Shown here: in pieces, positions 1 through 13,055 of the stretch
Layout: each line of letters starts with the position of its first letter
Numbering within the stretch: the stretch's first letter is position 1
Assembly: GCA_043228905.1 (NCBI GenBank)
Contig: JBHGNT010000002.1
Coordinates: 7,192,001 to 7,256,000 of the forward strand
From: Azolla caroliniana
Taxonomy: Eukaryota > Plantae > Polypodiophyta
DNA length: 64,000 bases
Direction of reading: 5' to 3'
Notes under the pieces: generated by a model
Databases searched by the model: none
What the model was told of the DNA's origin: nothing
Seen by the model: only the letters and a program-made list of their open reading frames with translations
Made by a program: the position numbers and the translations under genes

Positions 1-514
1 GCAACCATTGGCCAATTGGCAATGCTCTATGTATTACTAACCATTGGAAGACATTTATTTTCATATCTTGCTTCCTTTTCCATAATGTTCCCCAAAACTT
101 TGTTAGGAATTCCGATGTGATCCCTTGGTGGTTCCAAAATTGACTAGCTCGTGGTGTAGTCCTACGTTGAGCTGCCAAAATGTGTCGTCCCATCTTAACT
201 GAATACTGAAAAAAACCATACCTTTTTCCCATACGATCAAACGGATCTTTCCACCAAAATTCTCCCGGATCCCATTGCAACCTTATCAAAGGTTTCTTTT
301 CAAAAACTCTCAGTTTCCAATGCTCCTTGACCGCCTCAACTTGTGGGTCGATGAGCCACTTAGATCCGTCATAAGCAAGGACCCTTATTTTAGAAAATGT
401 AGCATATTGCAAGATCTCTGTTTGTATCGTTGCACTACTTTTACTGCCATCTTCCTCCACCTCATAGTCTTGACATCGTCCGCAAGACAAATGTCCCCTT
501 ACCCCCACTAGCAC

Positions 515-3500
515 TTAAAGCCTCGTAAGTGCTCCTTCCCACTTGGGAGGGTTAAAGGACCATATCGTAACATCAGAGTGCCCCAAAACTGACTGCACTT
601 GGTCCCACATAATCAGCCCCCCTCTCAAGGAAGACAAGAATTCTGATCTGTCATTTATATTCAGAGTATGAAATGATTTCCATCCATCAACGGACGCTCC
701 TGGCCCTACATCGAGCTTGGCCCAATCCAATCGCGTTCGGGACCCCAACATGTGCCCTGATGGCAAACGCATATTCGGATTCCACACTAAGTTTTGTCTC
801 AAGTATTCCTCCTCACATGTTGGTACACAATGTTCCAACCCTTTATGTACATGCTCCCATGCTCGTAGAAGACCATTAAAAAATTTGTCTTCCCAATTCC
901 TAGACATAACATGTTTCTTGTCTGGTATAAAAATCCACCTTATGCTATCAGCCCATAATCCACCCATCGACGGAGCACAACTATACAATCTTTGCATAAG
1001 TAATTGCTTCCAAGGAGCATGTCCTGGTAAAAGGCCACGAATTATTAGTTTTGCTAACAAGGCCATGCATTAGTCTAATGGATCTATAATCCCCAAACCA
1101 CCGTATTGTTTTGGGGTTATCAATGTACTCCAAGCCACCTTCGGTCTTACATGACTCTTATCTTCCCCAGCCCATATAAAATTCCTAACCAGCCTTCGAA
1201 TTTGTCCAATGCACGATTTTGAAAAGATCCAAGATGAGGCTATATACCACACCGTAGATAGTAGCACATGGTTGACAACTATCACTCTACCGGCCAAAGA
1301 TAGTTTAGCATGACTCCACAAGAATAACTTTTTCCTCAAAGTTAATAGTAATGGTGCAGCATGTAATTCTGGAACCAAATCAATCCCAACCTGCACTCCA
1401 AGATATCGAACCGCAACTCCTGTTTGAGTCCATTGGAAAGTATGATGCGGTGCCCAACAAGGCGGCGGCTCCTTGCTTACCCAAAATGCAACAGTTTTCT
1501 CCCAATTTAACTTAGCTCCAGCCGCTATACAAAACTGTGACAAAGCCCCTTGTACTTGTTGCAAATTCGTTAGAGTCCCATCCACATATAATGCAGTGTC
1601 ATCTGCAAATTCCGAGTCCAATATATCTTGTCCATGCATTGGCATTGCCAAACCACGGAAGCCTATAGATTGTGATGATATAAATGCATGCATTGCTTCC
1701 GCAAACAGAAGGAACAAAAATGGTGCAAGTGGACAGCCTTGGCGAACTAATCGAGTAATGTTAAAATGAGGTCCTACTGCACCTGCCAACAACACCTGAC
1801 TGTGTGCATTTCTATAAAGACAAGAAACACCTTTAATCCATGCCGTGTTGAAGCCCAAGTGATGCATAGTACCTTCCAAAAAATTCCAGTCAACCCTATC
1901 ATACGCTTTCTCAAAATCTAAAAGCAACACGGCTAGATTTTGTTTGTTTTTTACCGCTACTGCAATAGCCTCCCAAAATGTAAAAACATTATCCATAATA
2001 CTCCTTTCCCTCATAAAACCAGTTTGCGATACATGAATTATCTTTGGTGATACCTCTTGTAACCGAGAACTAAGCAACTTTGCAAATAGCTTATAACTAG
2101 TATTCAAGAGGGTGATTGGCCTCCACTTACGAATATCTTCTGAAACTCCTTTTGTTTTAGGTATAAGATAAATAAGCCCCTCAGATAACGACATGGGCAT
2201 CTCTCCACTTTCAAACATATGTTGGTAAGCATCTTTTAAGTCTTTCTTCAGTATCCCCCAATATTTCTTGTAGAATTTAGGTGTAAGTCCATCCACTCCA
2301 GGACAACTATTGTCCGATAAAGAGTGTAGCGCTTGTTCCAACTCCAATTCTGTAATAGGTGACAACAATGAATCTTGCATTGCTTGAGTAACCTTGGGTT
2401 GAATTTCCGCCCAGACCTTCATTCTATTTTGGCTTATCTCCTCAGAGATAGGCTCTTCTGACAAAAGGGTAGCGTAGAATTTCGTGGCAATTACCCGCAC
2501 AACATTTGGATCCATTTCAAGTTCGCCATTTTCATTCCGCAAACAACAGGTTACATTACAGACTCTTTTGGGGCCTTTAATATTAAAAAATTGTTTTGTA
2601 CATCTATCCCCAATTTGCGTCCATCTTGAAGCAGAGTTGTGATACCTAAATTGACTACGACATTCTTCCATATGTTGAACTTGTTTTCGGGCTTCTTCAA
2701 GATGTGAAGCTATCCACGCACACTCTGGTCGACCCTGTTGCAATCTTTGCAAAGATATCAATCTTGCCCTCATCCCTCTTTCCTTCTCCAGATATTCCAT
2801 ATATTCAGATCTTGATTTTAACGCAAAATATTGTGATATCTCCGTCAAAGCACAAGCCACTTTGATTGTAATGGGAGCATCCATATTATCTTTGTTCTGC
2901 CAAATATCTGTCACTTGATTATACCATCTATCATGTAACATTACTTTTTCGGGTATCCTAAATCGTATGGACTCCCTTTTCGATTGCCCAAAGGTTCTCA
3001 ATATAACAGGAGCATGATCAGAGAAAGTTGTGCCTGGCATAATAGTGATATTTCCCCCATTTAAGACAAAGGCCTCCCCCACATAAAATCTATCCAATCT
3101 TGAAAGATTGGTTCCAGCTATTCTCCTATCCGAACGTGAGAAACTCAAGGAATTCTGAGATCTATAAACATTAGGCATATGCCATGCATCAAAAATACTC
3201 AATTTCAAACACATCCGTTCCCATACTGCTAATTCCTCCCCATGAATTGTTGAAACACTCCCACCTTTCCTATCCTCTGGGTCCTCAAGCATATTAAAAT
3301 CCCCTGCAGCACACCAATGAGACACATTTGGTAATGCATTTGTAATTTCACACCAAAAGTGTTTCCTAGCCGATGCATGATTTGGCGCGTAGATATTCAA
3401 GTAACCCCAAGTTGTATGTAAATCTTGTAATACAATATATTGTGCTCGTCCTGGCACAATGATCTCTTTGCATATAATACTTGATTTCCAATGATGTGCA

Positions 3501-3748
3501 ATTGCCATACACACCCCGCCTTGTGTACCACTAGTGCCAATAGCCGGGGACCAAAACATCTCCCAACTACCAGGTAATATAGTGCCATAGTTCCTTATTC
3601 TTTGCTCATTCAAATGATGTTCTTGAAACATCATAATGTCCAACGATCCATTCGTGAGACACTTTTGTAATTCCTGCCTTAACCTACCTCTATATCTTCG
3701 GTATAAGGGACCTCCCAAGCCCTGAACATTCCATGTGAGGAGCCTCAT
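515..3748 (-). pseudogene. LINE ORF2 (endonuclease + reverse transcriptase) with a premature stop
   Basis: EN motifs TWNVQG, QEHH, NIYAP, GDFN, SRLDRF, SDHAPV. RT motifs WRPITLL, LDFEKAYD, QGCPLAP, FADD, RYLG. TAA at 1070-1072 sits where copy 2 has CAA (7658-7660). The frame continues as ORF 515..1066. Confidence 0.92.
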
Positions 3749-5526
3749 CAACAATTGTTAGAGGCCGAACCGGACCCGATCCTACGAGTCTTAGAGGATG
3801 GTTCCACGGAGCTTACGCCACCCCCATCTCCCATAATCACCATTTGGCTTTTGAGTATGTCACAACCTTCTTTAATGAATCTCCAATGATGATGGGCCCG
3901 AGCCTTGGCTTGGCTTTCCGGCACATCATCTTCATGAATATAAACATATCCAAAATCAAACAATATATCGGAAGGTACATCCAATACAACATGCTTGCGG
4001 TTCATTGCATCCAAATACGGAACCACTAAACAACTTGCATTCTCTAACCCCCTCAATATTGTTTCCCCCAATTGAGGATTTTGCACGTATTTGGCAAAAT
4101 ACAAAACTTGTCCTCTCATGGCCAACATAACATTCGGTTGATTCCATATGTCATTTCTCTCATAACCACATAATGGAAAGGAATAACCGACCAATGAGTT
4201 TTCCACTTGTTTTTGTCTAAATAAAACATGGACCCTTATTGCATTGGGTTCATGAACATCTTTAACACCCAAATGTTTTGTGAACTCATGCCCAAAGGGG
4301 GCTGCATAATCAAGTATGGAAAAGCCACCATTTCCGGTATCCTCCTTCAACATCCCACATGTTCTTATTGTGATCGCATTATCCAATTTTTGTGATTGTA
4401 TTGTTCTTTTTGAACGAAATGTTTTTGCCTTGACACATCCATCATTTGGTTGGGTGGTACTAACAATTTTCCCCCTTATCTCAGTAGTGGATGTTGGTTG
4501 TTCTTGTGTATCAATTTCTATGTCCAATGCATTATACGCATTAGGGGTGAGACACGTCTCTTGCATAGGCACCGTACGTGTCTTGCATCCATGTTTAGCC
4601 TTTACATTTATCCATTGAGTGTCTCTTGTTTCCCCTTGTGCCCGTACACCCATACAATCTGAGGATAGTTTCTCTTGACATTTATCTGCCTCATGCCCTT
4701 CTTGTTTACAATATTCGCAACAACGTTTTTTTTCCCCCAATTTAATATTTCTCCTTAGGCAATTCTTGGCTAAATGTCCCATTTGCCGACAATAGAAGCA
4801 TTGTCCAGGGAGCCCGGCAAACTCCACCTTTTGTTCTATAAAATCCCCTTCTTCATTTGGTAGCCTTACCTTTGTCGGTAAGTTTTCGAGTGATTCTACC
4901 AAGATTCGGGCTGACGGAAATCCTGACATTTTACTTAATCGCATAGCCATACTTTCTTGGACCCTCACTACAGTTCCGATCCTTGAAGCTATTGCTTCAA
5001 GCATCGGTAAATACTCCTTACGTAATCCCGGGAAGACAATCGTTAACGGAAATATCCGATCTCCTTTCCGTATTGCCTCCACCGGATTAAAACCTTGTTT
5101 CCAAGGCATCACAAATGCACGGGCACCTCTTACATCAAGAGGACTATGCTCCAACATTATTCCCACTGATTCGATTGTATCCAATTCCACATGATAAAAT
5201 CCTCGTCCCATGAATTGGACATCTATTATTCTACCAATTAATCCATGCATAGATGCTTGTAATAAATCTTTACACTCACCTCTATTCGGCCGAGCTCCCA
5301 CCACTCTGCAGATCACCGAGAGTTGAGTTAGGCGCTGAATCTCTGATTTGAATTCAGCCTCTTCTTCTGTCGAGAATACGATCGGTAGAGGCCGCTCCTC
5401 AGATTCTGTTGGCGGGGCTGCTTCTTTAGAGTTCCCCTGTTGTGTCGTTGAGGTGGCTCTCTGCTGCGTTCTCTCTCTTCCCTGTTCCTCCATCTCGTTT
5501 TCAATATCTCCTATACATCGATACAA
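3748..5526 (-). CDS. LINE ORF1 nucleic-acid-binding protein (DUF4283-like region, two zinc knuckles, extra C-terminal domain)
   Basis: 592-aa open frame. QFMGRGFYHVEL...FVMPWKQGFNP resembles plant L1 ORF1. Knuckles CFYCRQMGHLAKNC and CEYCKQEGHEADKC. The true start is uncertain (TTG at 5526, first ATG near 5493). Confidence 0.85.
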   Translation of the reverse strand: MYRCIGDIENEMEEQGRERTQQRATSTTQQGNSKEAAPPTESEERPLPIVFSTEEEAEFKSEIQRLTQLSVICRVVGARPNRGECKDLLQASMHGLIGRIIDVQFMGRGFYHVELDTIESVGIMLEHSPLDVRGARAFVMPWKQGFNPVEAIRKGDRIFPLTIVFPGLRKEYLPMLEAIASRIGTVVRVQESMAMRLSKMSGFPSARILVESLENLPTKVRLPNEEGDFIEQKVEFAGLPGQCFYCRQMGHLAKNCLRRNIKLGEKKRCCEYCKQEGHEADKCQEKLSSDCMGVRAQGETRDTQWINVKAKHGCKTRTVPMQETCLTPNAYNALDIEIDTQEQPTSTTEIRGKIVSTTQPNDGCVKAKTFRSKRTIQSQKLDNAITIRTCGMLKEDTGNGGFSILDYAAPFGHEFTKHLGVKDVHEPNAIRVHVLFRQKQVENSLVGYSFPLCGYERNDIWNQPNVMLAMRGQVLYFAKYVQNPQLGETILRGLENASCLVVPYLDAMNRKHVVLDVPSDILFDFGYVYIHEDDVPESQAKARAHHHWRFIKEGCDILKSQMVIMGDGGGVSSVEPSSKTRRIGSGSASNNC

Positions 5527-5539
5527 AAATGTACATATT

Positions 5540-5753
5540 GTATTGTAATGTATTACTTTCGTTTATTGTATGTATGGCCTATGTGTATGATTGTATATGT
5601 TATGTGTGTGTGTGTATGTATGTATGTATGTATGTATGTGTAAATGTGTATGTGTGTAAGTGTATATATGTGTATATAGGTATGTGTGTATGTATGTATG
5701 TATGTATGTATGTATGTATGTATGTATGTATGTATGTATGTATGTATGTATGT

Positions 5754-5792
<39 letters not shown>

Positions 5793-5835
5793 TTTATGTG
5801 TTGGTTTATGTATGTGTGCATTATGTATGTATGAT
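5540..5835. repeat. (TATG)n/(TG)n compound microsatellite
   Basis: Directly visible runs. Confidence 0.97.
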
Positions 5836-5839
5836 GTTT

Positions 5840-8800
5840 TCTTTTTGGAAAAATATCCTTTCATTAGTTATGAACAATTATTACAATAAAAACTGACCTA
5901 CCATCAAGCTACCATTGATCTGGTGCATTTTTCCTTAGGTCCCATCCCTCAAGGATAAATAGTATGAACACTCCACCACTCCTTAACCAAGTTATGTGAT
6001 TGGTGGTGGGAACAACCATACTGATGGTGCTAAGCACCCTTTAGGTCTTGAATTTTGTACTGTGAGAAAAGGGGCTTCTTCCAATAGGCAATAAATTCGA
6101 GACGTTGCAACACTGCAACATCTGTCTCACCTTTAATATCCTAATACCACCCTTTCAAGGTATGTACCATCTCCATCCAGACATTCCGTACACTTTCCAC
6201 TGGATGAATAGTAGTATTACCAAACACCTTAGAACACCTAGCAGTCCAAATAAACCACATTGTGGTGGTGCATAGTAGCTCCCATACTTCTTGCATTGTC
6301 TTTAACATGTAAGGAGCCTCCAGTTGACTTCATCGCACCATTATTATCATTCCTCTTTGAATTCTAATAATCGTGTCATTTGGGCATGCCTCATACGGCC
6401 ACGTCACTTGTGCCATTGTAGCCCATACTACCATACCCCACGAAAACTTGCAATCCCTAAACATATAGGCAAGAACTCGGAACACTCGTCTCCAAACTTG
6501 TTGTGCAGCATGACATTCCCACAAGCAATGTTTCAATGTCTCCATCTGACAACTACAATAGATGCATGCGGTCGGTGCAGTTGATTGTTGCAACCATTTG
6601 CCAACTGGTAATGCTCTATGTATTACTAGCCATTGGAAGACATTTATTTTCATATATTGCTTCCTTTTCCATAATGTTCTCCAAAACTTTGTTACGAATT
6701 CGGATGTGATCCCTTGGTGGGTCCAAAATTGACTAGCTCGTGGTGTAGTCCTACGTTGAGCTGCCAAAATGTGTCGTCCAATCTTAACTGAGTACTGGAA
6801 AAAACCACACCTTTTTCCGCACGATCAAACGGATCTTTCCACCAAAATTCTCTCGGATCCCATTGCAACCTTATCAAAGGTTTCTTTTCAAAAACTCTCA
6901 ATTTCCAATGCTCCTTGACTGCCTCAACTTGCAGGTCGATGATCCATTTAGATCCGTCATAAGCCAGGACCCTTATTTTAGAAAATGTAGCATATTGCAA
7001 GATCTCTGTTTGTATCGCTGCTCTACATATACTGCCATCCTCCTCCACATCATAGTCTTGACATCATCTGCAAGACAAATGTCCCCTTACCCCCACTAGC
7101 ACTTGAAGCCTCGTAAATGCTCCTTCCTAGTTGGGAGGATTAAAGGACCATACCGTAGAGGCTGAGTGCCCCAAAACCGACTACACCTGGTCCCACATAA
7201 TCAGCCCCCCTCTCAAGGAAGACAAGAATTCTGATTTGTCATTTATATTCAGAGTATGAAATGATTTCCATGCATCAACGGACGCTCCTGGCCCTACATC
7301 GAGCTTGGCCCAATCCAAGCACGTACGGGACCCCAACATGTGCCCTGAGGGCAAACGCATATTCGGATTCCACACTAAGTTTTGTCTCAAGTATTCCTCC
7401 TCACATATTGGTACACCATGTTCCAACCCTTTATGTACATGCTCCCATGCTCATAGAAGACCGTTAAAAATTTTGTCTTCCCAATTCCTAGTCATAACAT
7501 GATTCTTGTCTGGTATAAAGATCCACCTTATGCTATCAGCCCATAATCCACCCGTCGGCGGAGCACAACGATACAATCTTTGCATAAGTAATTGCTTCCA
7601 AGGAGCATGTCCTGGTAAAAGGCCACGAACTATTAGCTTTGCTAACAAGGCCATCCATTGGTCTAATGGATCTATAATCCCCAGACCACCGTATTACTTC
7701 GGGGTTATTAGTGTACTCCAAGCCACCTTTGCTTTTACATGACTCTTATCCTCCCCTGCCCATATAAAATCCCTAACCAGCCTTCGAATTTGTCCAATGC
7801 ACGATTTTGAAAAGATCCAAGATGAGGCTATATACCACACCGTAGATAGTAGCACATGGTTGACAACTATCACTCTACCGGCCAAAGATAGTTTAGCATG
7901 GCTCCACAAGAATAACTTTTTCCTCAAAGTTAATAGTAATGGTACAACATGTAATTTTGGAACCAAATCAATCCCAACCTGCACTCCAAGATATCGAACC
8001 GCAACTCCTCTTTGAGTCCACTGGAAAGTATGATGCGGTGCCCAACAAGGCATCGGTTCCTTGCTCACCCAAAATGCAACAATTTTCTCCCAATTTAACT
8101 TAGCTCTAGATGCTATACAAAATTGTGACAAAGCCCCTTGTACTTGTTGCAAATTCGTTAGAGTCCCATCCACATATAATGCAGTGTCATCTGCAAATTC
8201 CGAGTCCAATATATCTTGTCCATGCATTGGCATTTCCAAACCACACAAGCCTATAGGTTGTGATGATATAAATACATGCATTGCTTCCGCAAACAAAAGG
8301 AACAAAAATGGTGCGAGTGGACATCCTTGGCGGACGGATCGAGTAATGTTAAACCGAGGTCCTACTCCACCTGTCAACAACACCTGATTATGTGCATTTC
8401 TATAAAGACAAGAAACACCCTTAATCCATGCCGTGTTGATACCCAAGTGATGCATAGTACCTTCCAAAAAATTCCAGTCAACCCTATCATACGCTTTCTC
8501 AAAATCTAAAAGCAACACGGCTAGGTTTTGTTTGTTTTTTACCGCTATTGCAGTAACCTCCCAAAATGTAAAAACATTATCCATAATACTCCTTTCCCTC
8601 ATAAAACCAGTTTGCGATACATGAATTATCTTTAGTAATACCTCTTGTAACCGAGAACTAAGCAACTTAGCAAATAGTTTATAACTAGTATTCAAGAGGG
8701 TGATTGGCCTCCACTTACGAATATCTTCTGAAACCCCTTCTGTTTTAGGTATAAGATAAATAAGCCCCTCAGATAACGACATGGGCATCTCTCCACTTTC

Positions 8801-9462
8801 AAACATATGTTGGTAAGCATCTTTTAAATCTTTCTTCAGTATCCCCCAATATTTCTTGTAGAATTTAGGTGTAAGTCCATCCACTCCAAGACAACTATTG
8901 TCTGATAAAGAGTGTAGCGCTTGTTCCAACTCCAATTCTATAATAGGTGACATTAATGAATCTTGCGTTGCTTGAGTAACCTTGGGTTGAATTTCTGCCT
9001 AGACCTTCATTCTATTTTGGTTGATATCCTCAGAGATAGGCTCTTCTAACAAAAGGGTAGCATAGAATTTCGTGGCAATTTCCCGTACAACATTTGGATC
9101 CATTTCAAGTTCGCCATTTTCATTCCGCAAACAACAGGCTACATTAGAGACTCTCTTGGGGCCTTTAATATTAAAAAATTGTTTTGTACATCTATCCCCA
9201 ATTTGCGTCCATCTTGAAGCAGAATTGTGATACCGAAATTGACTACGACATTCTTCCATATGTTGAACTTGTTTTCGGGCTTCTTCAATATGTGAAGCTA
9301 TCCATGCACACTCTGGCCAACCCTGTTGCAATCTTTGCAAAGATATCGATCTTGCCCTTATCCTTCTTTCCTTCTCTTGATATTCCATATATTCAGATCT
9401 TGATTTTAACACAAAATATTGTGATATCTCCGTCAAAGCACAAGCCACTTTGATTGTAATGG
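5840..9462 (-). mobile_element. L1-clade LINE copy 2, 5'-truncated, same family as copy 1
   Basis: 13-bp target-site duplication ATGTATGATGTTT at 5827-5839 and 9463-9475. RT ORF 7694..8953. zf-RVT region CIYCSCQMETLKHCLWEC in ORF 6330..6767. Several stops. Confidence 0.95.
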
Positions 9463-9769
9463 ATGTATGATGTTTGTACTTATGTGTACTTGTAAAATAT
9501 TTGTAGAGTAGTTGTGGCAGCCCCGACAGAGAATAATGGTGAGCAAAAGCGGCACGACAAGGCAAGTGGCGGCGGCGGCGGCAAAACGAGAACAAAGGCG
9601 GTGGCAAAACAAGAATGGAGGCGACAAAACGAGATCAAAGGCAGCAAAACGAGGACAAAAACAACTAGGGGAGAAGAGGCGACAACGGCAATGAGGAGAG
9701 AAGAGGAGGGAGCAAAGGAGGCGGCAAAAATCTAAATTAAAAAAAGATGAATGTTTGAATGTTATGTTT

Positions 9770-9817
9770 AGTATGCATGTATGTTATGTATGTATGTGCA
9801 AATAATGTATGCATGAA

Positions 9818-9871
<54 letters not shown>

Positions 9872-10281
9872 TATATGTATGTAATGTATGCATAAAATAT
9901 GTATGCTTGCATGAATAAACATGAATGAATGAATATATGAATGTACATATGTAATATGTAATGTATGTATATTTGTATGTGTGTGTGGATATTTGTTTGT
10001 AATATGTATGTATGTAAGTATGTGTATGTACATGTAGCAATGTATAAAAGACTATATATGTATGTCCATGTACATATGTGTATGCATATATGCATATGCA
10101 AATGTACATGATTCAATGTGTATGGAGATGTGATTGTAATATGTGCATAATATATATGTATATATATGTGTATGTATATGTAGCAATGTATAAATGAATA
10201 TATGTATGTCCATGTATGAATGTACATATGTGTATGCATATATCCATATGTAATGTATGTGTATGTATAAAAGACTATATG

Positions 10282-10321
<40 letters not shown>

Positions 10322-10700
10322 CCTAATATATGTATGTATGTATGTATGTACATATGTGTATGTACATGTAGCAATGTATAAAAGACTATATGTAAGTCCA
10401 TGTACGAATGTACATACGTGTATGCATATATGCATATGCAAATGAACATGATTCAATGTGCATTGATGTGTGATTGTAATATGTGCATAATATCTATGTA
10501 TATATCTGATGTATATATGTGTATGTATTTGTATCAATGTATAAATGAATATATGTATGTCCATGTACGAATGTACATATGTGTATGCATATATCCATAT
10601 GACAATGTACATGATTCTAATGTATGTATATGTAGCAATATATAAATGAATATAGGTATGTCCATGTACGAATGTACATATGTGTATGCATATGTAATGT
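9770..10700. repeat. TA/TATG/TG-rich low-complexity tract with internal higher-order duplications
   Basis: (TA)n ~9821-9863 and (TG)n ~10285-10318. The block CATGTAGCAATGTATAAAAGACTATAT...GTGCATAATAT occurs at ~10031-10152 and ~10365-10491. Confidence 0.9.
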
Positions 10701-11494
10701 AATGGTCTTCTTTGTGAGTTTAGTTCATGCATCAAGCATATACTCATCTAATAGTGTTTGACAAAACCCACTCCAATGTATGTAGAATCTTTCTTGAAAT
10801 TCAGCTACCTTTACTTGAACCTCTAGAGTCACCACTCTATTGAACTAAGCCACCATGTGTAGCCTAGTTCCACATGGTTTGGTCATTTCATACTCATAGA
10901 CCTCCAAAAATGTCATGATGTCTTCATCATAGAATTGATCAATCTTTTGAATAACTGACTATGCAACAAGTGTCAACTCATTTCCCCCTCAAGTAAGTAG
11001 AGTAATTTCTATATAGAATTTTGTAGAACCAGATCGAAAATTCTGAATGGTTATTACATTACTAAGGCAACTTGTGTGTACCCCACCCACCTTTTCTCGA
11101 GGCCTAGATTTATTTATCTACCCTCTTTTATTTAATTTAAATGGTCATATTTTTTTAGTATTAGTATCTATTCTCTTTCCAAATGAGTGGAACTTTTAGG
11201 GTAAGCTCGACGGGGGGCATGACCTGTTGCACCAGCAATAGAGAAAGAATCGGTGGTTTCCTTTGCGGAGACAAGATTTGAACCAATCATTTAATTTCTC
11301 TTTGTTCTTGTATATTTGACACATGTAAATAATCAAATATGTGATTATGTAGTGCGGAAATAGATTAGAGGGGTGTGTGTGTGTGTGTGTGTGTGTGTAT
11401 GAGAGAATAAACACAAGATAGACAAAAAAAATAGAAACTGCATATCCACAAGAAAGAACAACAATCTACTATTACAAAGAGAGAGAGGAGGGTG

Positions 11495-13055
11495 TTGAGT
11501 TGGTGGTCGAGGAACCATGGAAAGATTGGTCATTTGGTAATGGGAAATCGATTTATGTGGTGCACACTAATGATGTGTACCATAAGTTGGTTGAAGATAG
11601 AGCTTGGTTAGCAAATAAGGTGTTGGATACATGGAGCATTACTAGAAATGTGAAGTGGTGGCGTAGAGTTTTAGATGCAAGGTGGTAGTCTCATCTTCCA
11701 TTCCGTGCAAAGGTGTTTCTTTGGCATGCCATAGTTGGTGGGTTGCCTTTGGTGGTGGCCTTAAAACGAAGAGATATTTCGAATGGGACATGTTTTTTCT
11801 ATATGGTGGTTGAAGAAGATGCCAGACATAGGTTCATTACATGTTCGGTTGCTAAGGCCATTTGGGTGATTATGTCACAAATTTGGGCATCGATAACAGG
11901 AAATATTTTGTCACCTTATAAATGGGTTTTTATGGATGAGGATAAAGTTATGCCCACACCATCGTATAAGGTGGTTTTTGATTACCTTAGATATTGGCGG
12001 TGTCGTAGTGTATTTCGTACACTACGTGAAAAAGTAAAAATAATATAACCGATTTAATTACATATAAATAAATAAAATAAGAAAATCAAGATATTTATCA
12101 CGTGCACAGGGCAAGATTCGAACCTTGTACCTCCACATAGCCAAACCTTAACTTTACCATTATGCTACCTTATATTTAGTGTTTTATAAATAGATTTAAT
12201 AAGTATAATTGCTTTATTTACGCCTACCTTTATTAAAAGGTAAATCATGCATTTTTAGAGTGCGTGAATATTTTATAGAAAAACGCAAGCAACTAAAAAG
12301 TGACTCATGCACATCTAGCGTGCATGAGCACTATATTTAGCAAATAAAAGCAAGGATTACAAAAACATCACATGCACATTTAGTGTGCATGAACATATTA
12401 GAAAAAAAAGCATGTAGTTATGCTTAGTCTCTCCCATCACTACATAAGGATGGGGAGCACAATGTAATAGGTGTGTGAAATACTTGGAAACTGGATATGT
12501 TTCTAAAAAACACCAATTAATAAACTATACTCGTGGGATTCACGAGGATTCTATATCATTCTCTTTCAACCCAAATTTATATTCTTATATTCATATTGAT
12601 TAATCAAATACAATACACTCGTGGGATTCACGAGTTTGCTATAACTCTTTCTTACAACATATTTATATTCTTATTAGCCTTAAAACTCTCCTCTTCCTAG
12701 TCCAAAACCTCGGCGGTTCCCACCCGACTCACGCAACGATCCGGAGCCGAAAGGCACGACAGCGGATGTGGTTTAATTGGACCATGAGAAATGAGTTCTT
12801 GTTTGATGGACTTCATGGGATAACACAACAACTCTGTAGGATGAAAGGGAAATTAATTTGGAAATTTTCACAACTATCTTGTATGGAGATCTTGTCCCAA
12901 GAGGAGATAGACTTATGTCATCTAGTTTTACAACACTTGAGAGGGTTTCCCTTGCACGATCACTATTTATGAAGTAGTGAAGATAGCAAGGGTTGTATTA
13001 TCATCTTGTTTTAATAACAAACATTGATTTACGAAAAGAAAAGAAAAGAAAAGAA
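11495..13055 (+). mobile_element. L1 LINE 3' fragment (zf-RVT region) with a (GAAAA)n tail
   Basis: VFLWHAIVGGLP...CFFY...HRFITCSVAKAIW. The frame YWR|MWFNWTMRN is restored when 12001-12765 is removed. TSD AGAGAGG(A/T)GGGTG at 11482-11494 and 13056-13068. Confidence 0.88.
12001..12761 (+). mobile_element. Solo LTR (TGTCGT...ACGACA) with 4-bp TSD GCGG
   Basis: 6-bp terminal inverted repeat. GCGG at 11997-12000 and 12762-12765. It interrupts the LINE reading frame precisely. Strand inferred from similarity to the termini of the 44379-49902 element. Confidence 0.85.

Larger units (their letters stand above)
1..5526 (-). mobile_element. L1-clade LINE copy 1 (ORF1+ORF2), 3' end outside the window
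   Basis: ORF1 with CCHC knuckles followed by ORF2 with an AP-endonuclease and an RT domain. Bases 1-~2875 align with copy 2 at an offset of ~6588. Confidence 0.95.

Noticed and set aside
5442-5896. ORFs rich in YVCM/HTYI
   Set aside because: Translations of stop-free (TATG)n/(TG)n microsatellites.
9500-9735. GC-rich (GGC)n island with short ORFs and an apparent fusion to LINE ORF 8999..9607
   Set aside because: The fusion crosses the LINE 5' truncation/TSD at 9463, so it is chance read-through; the island's origin is unresolved.
9737-10747. Several 100-230 aa His/Tyr/Ile-rich ORFs
   Set aside because: Low-complexity TA/TG tract with no protein motifs.
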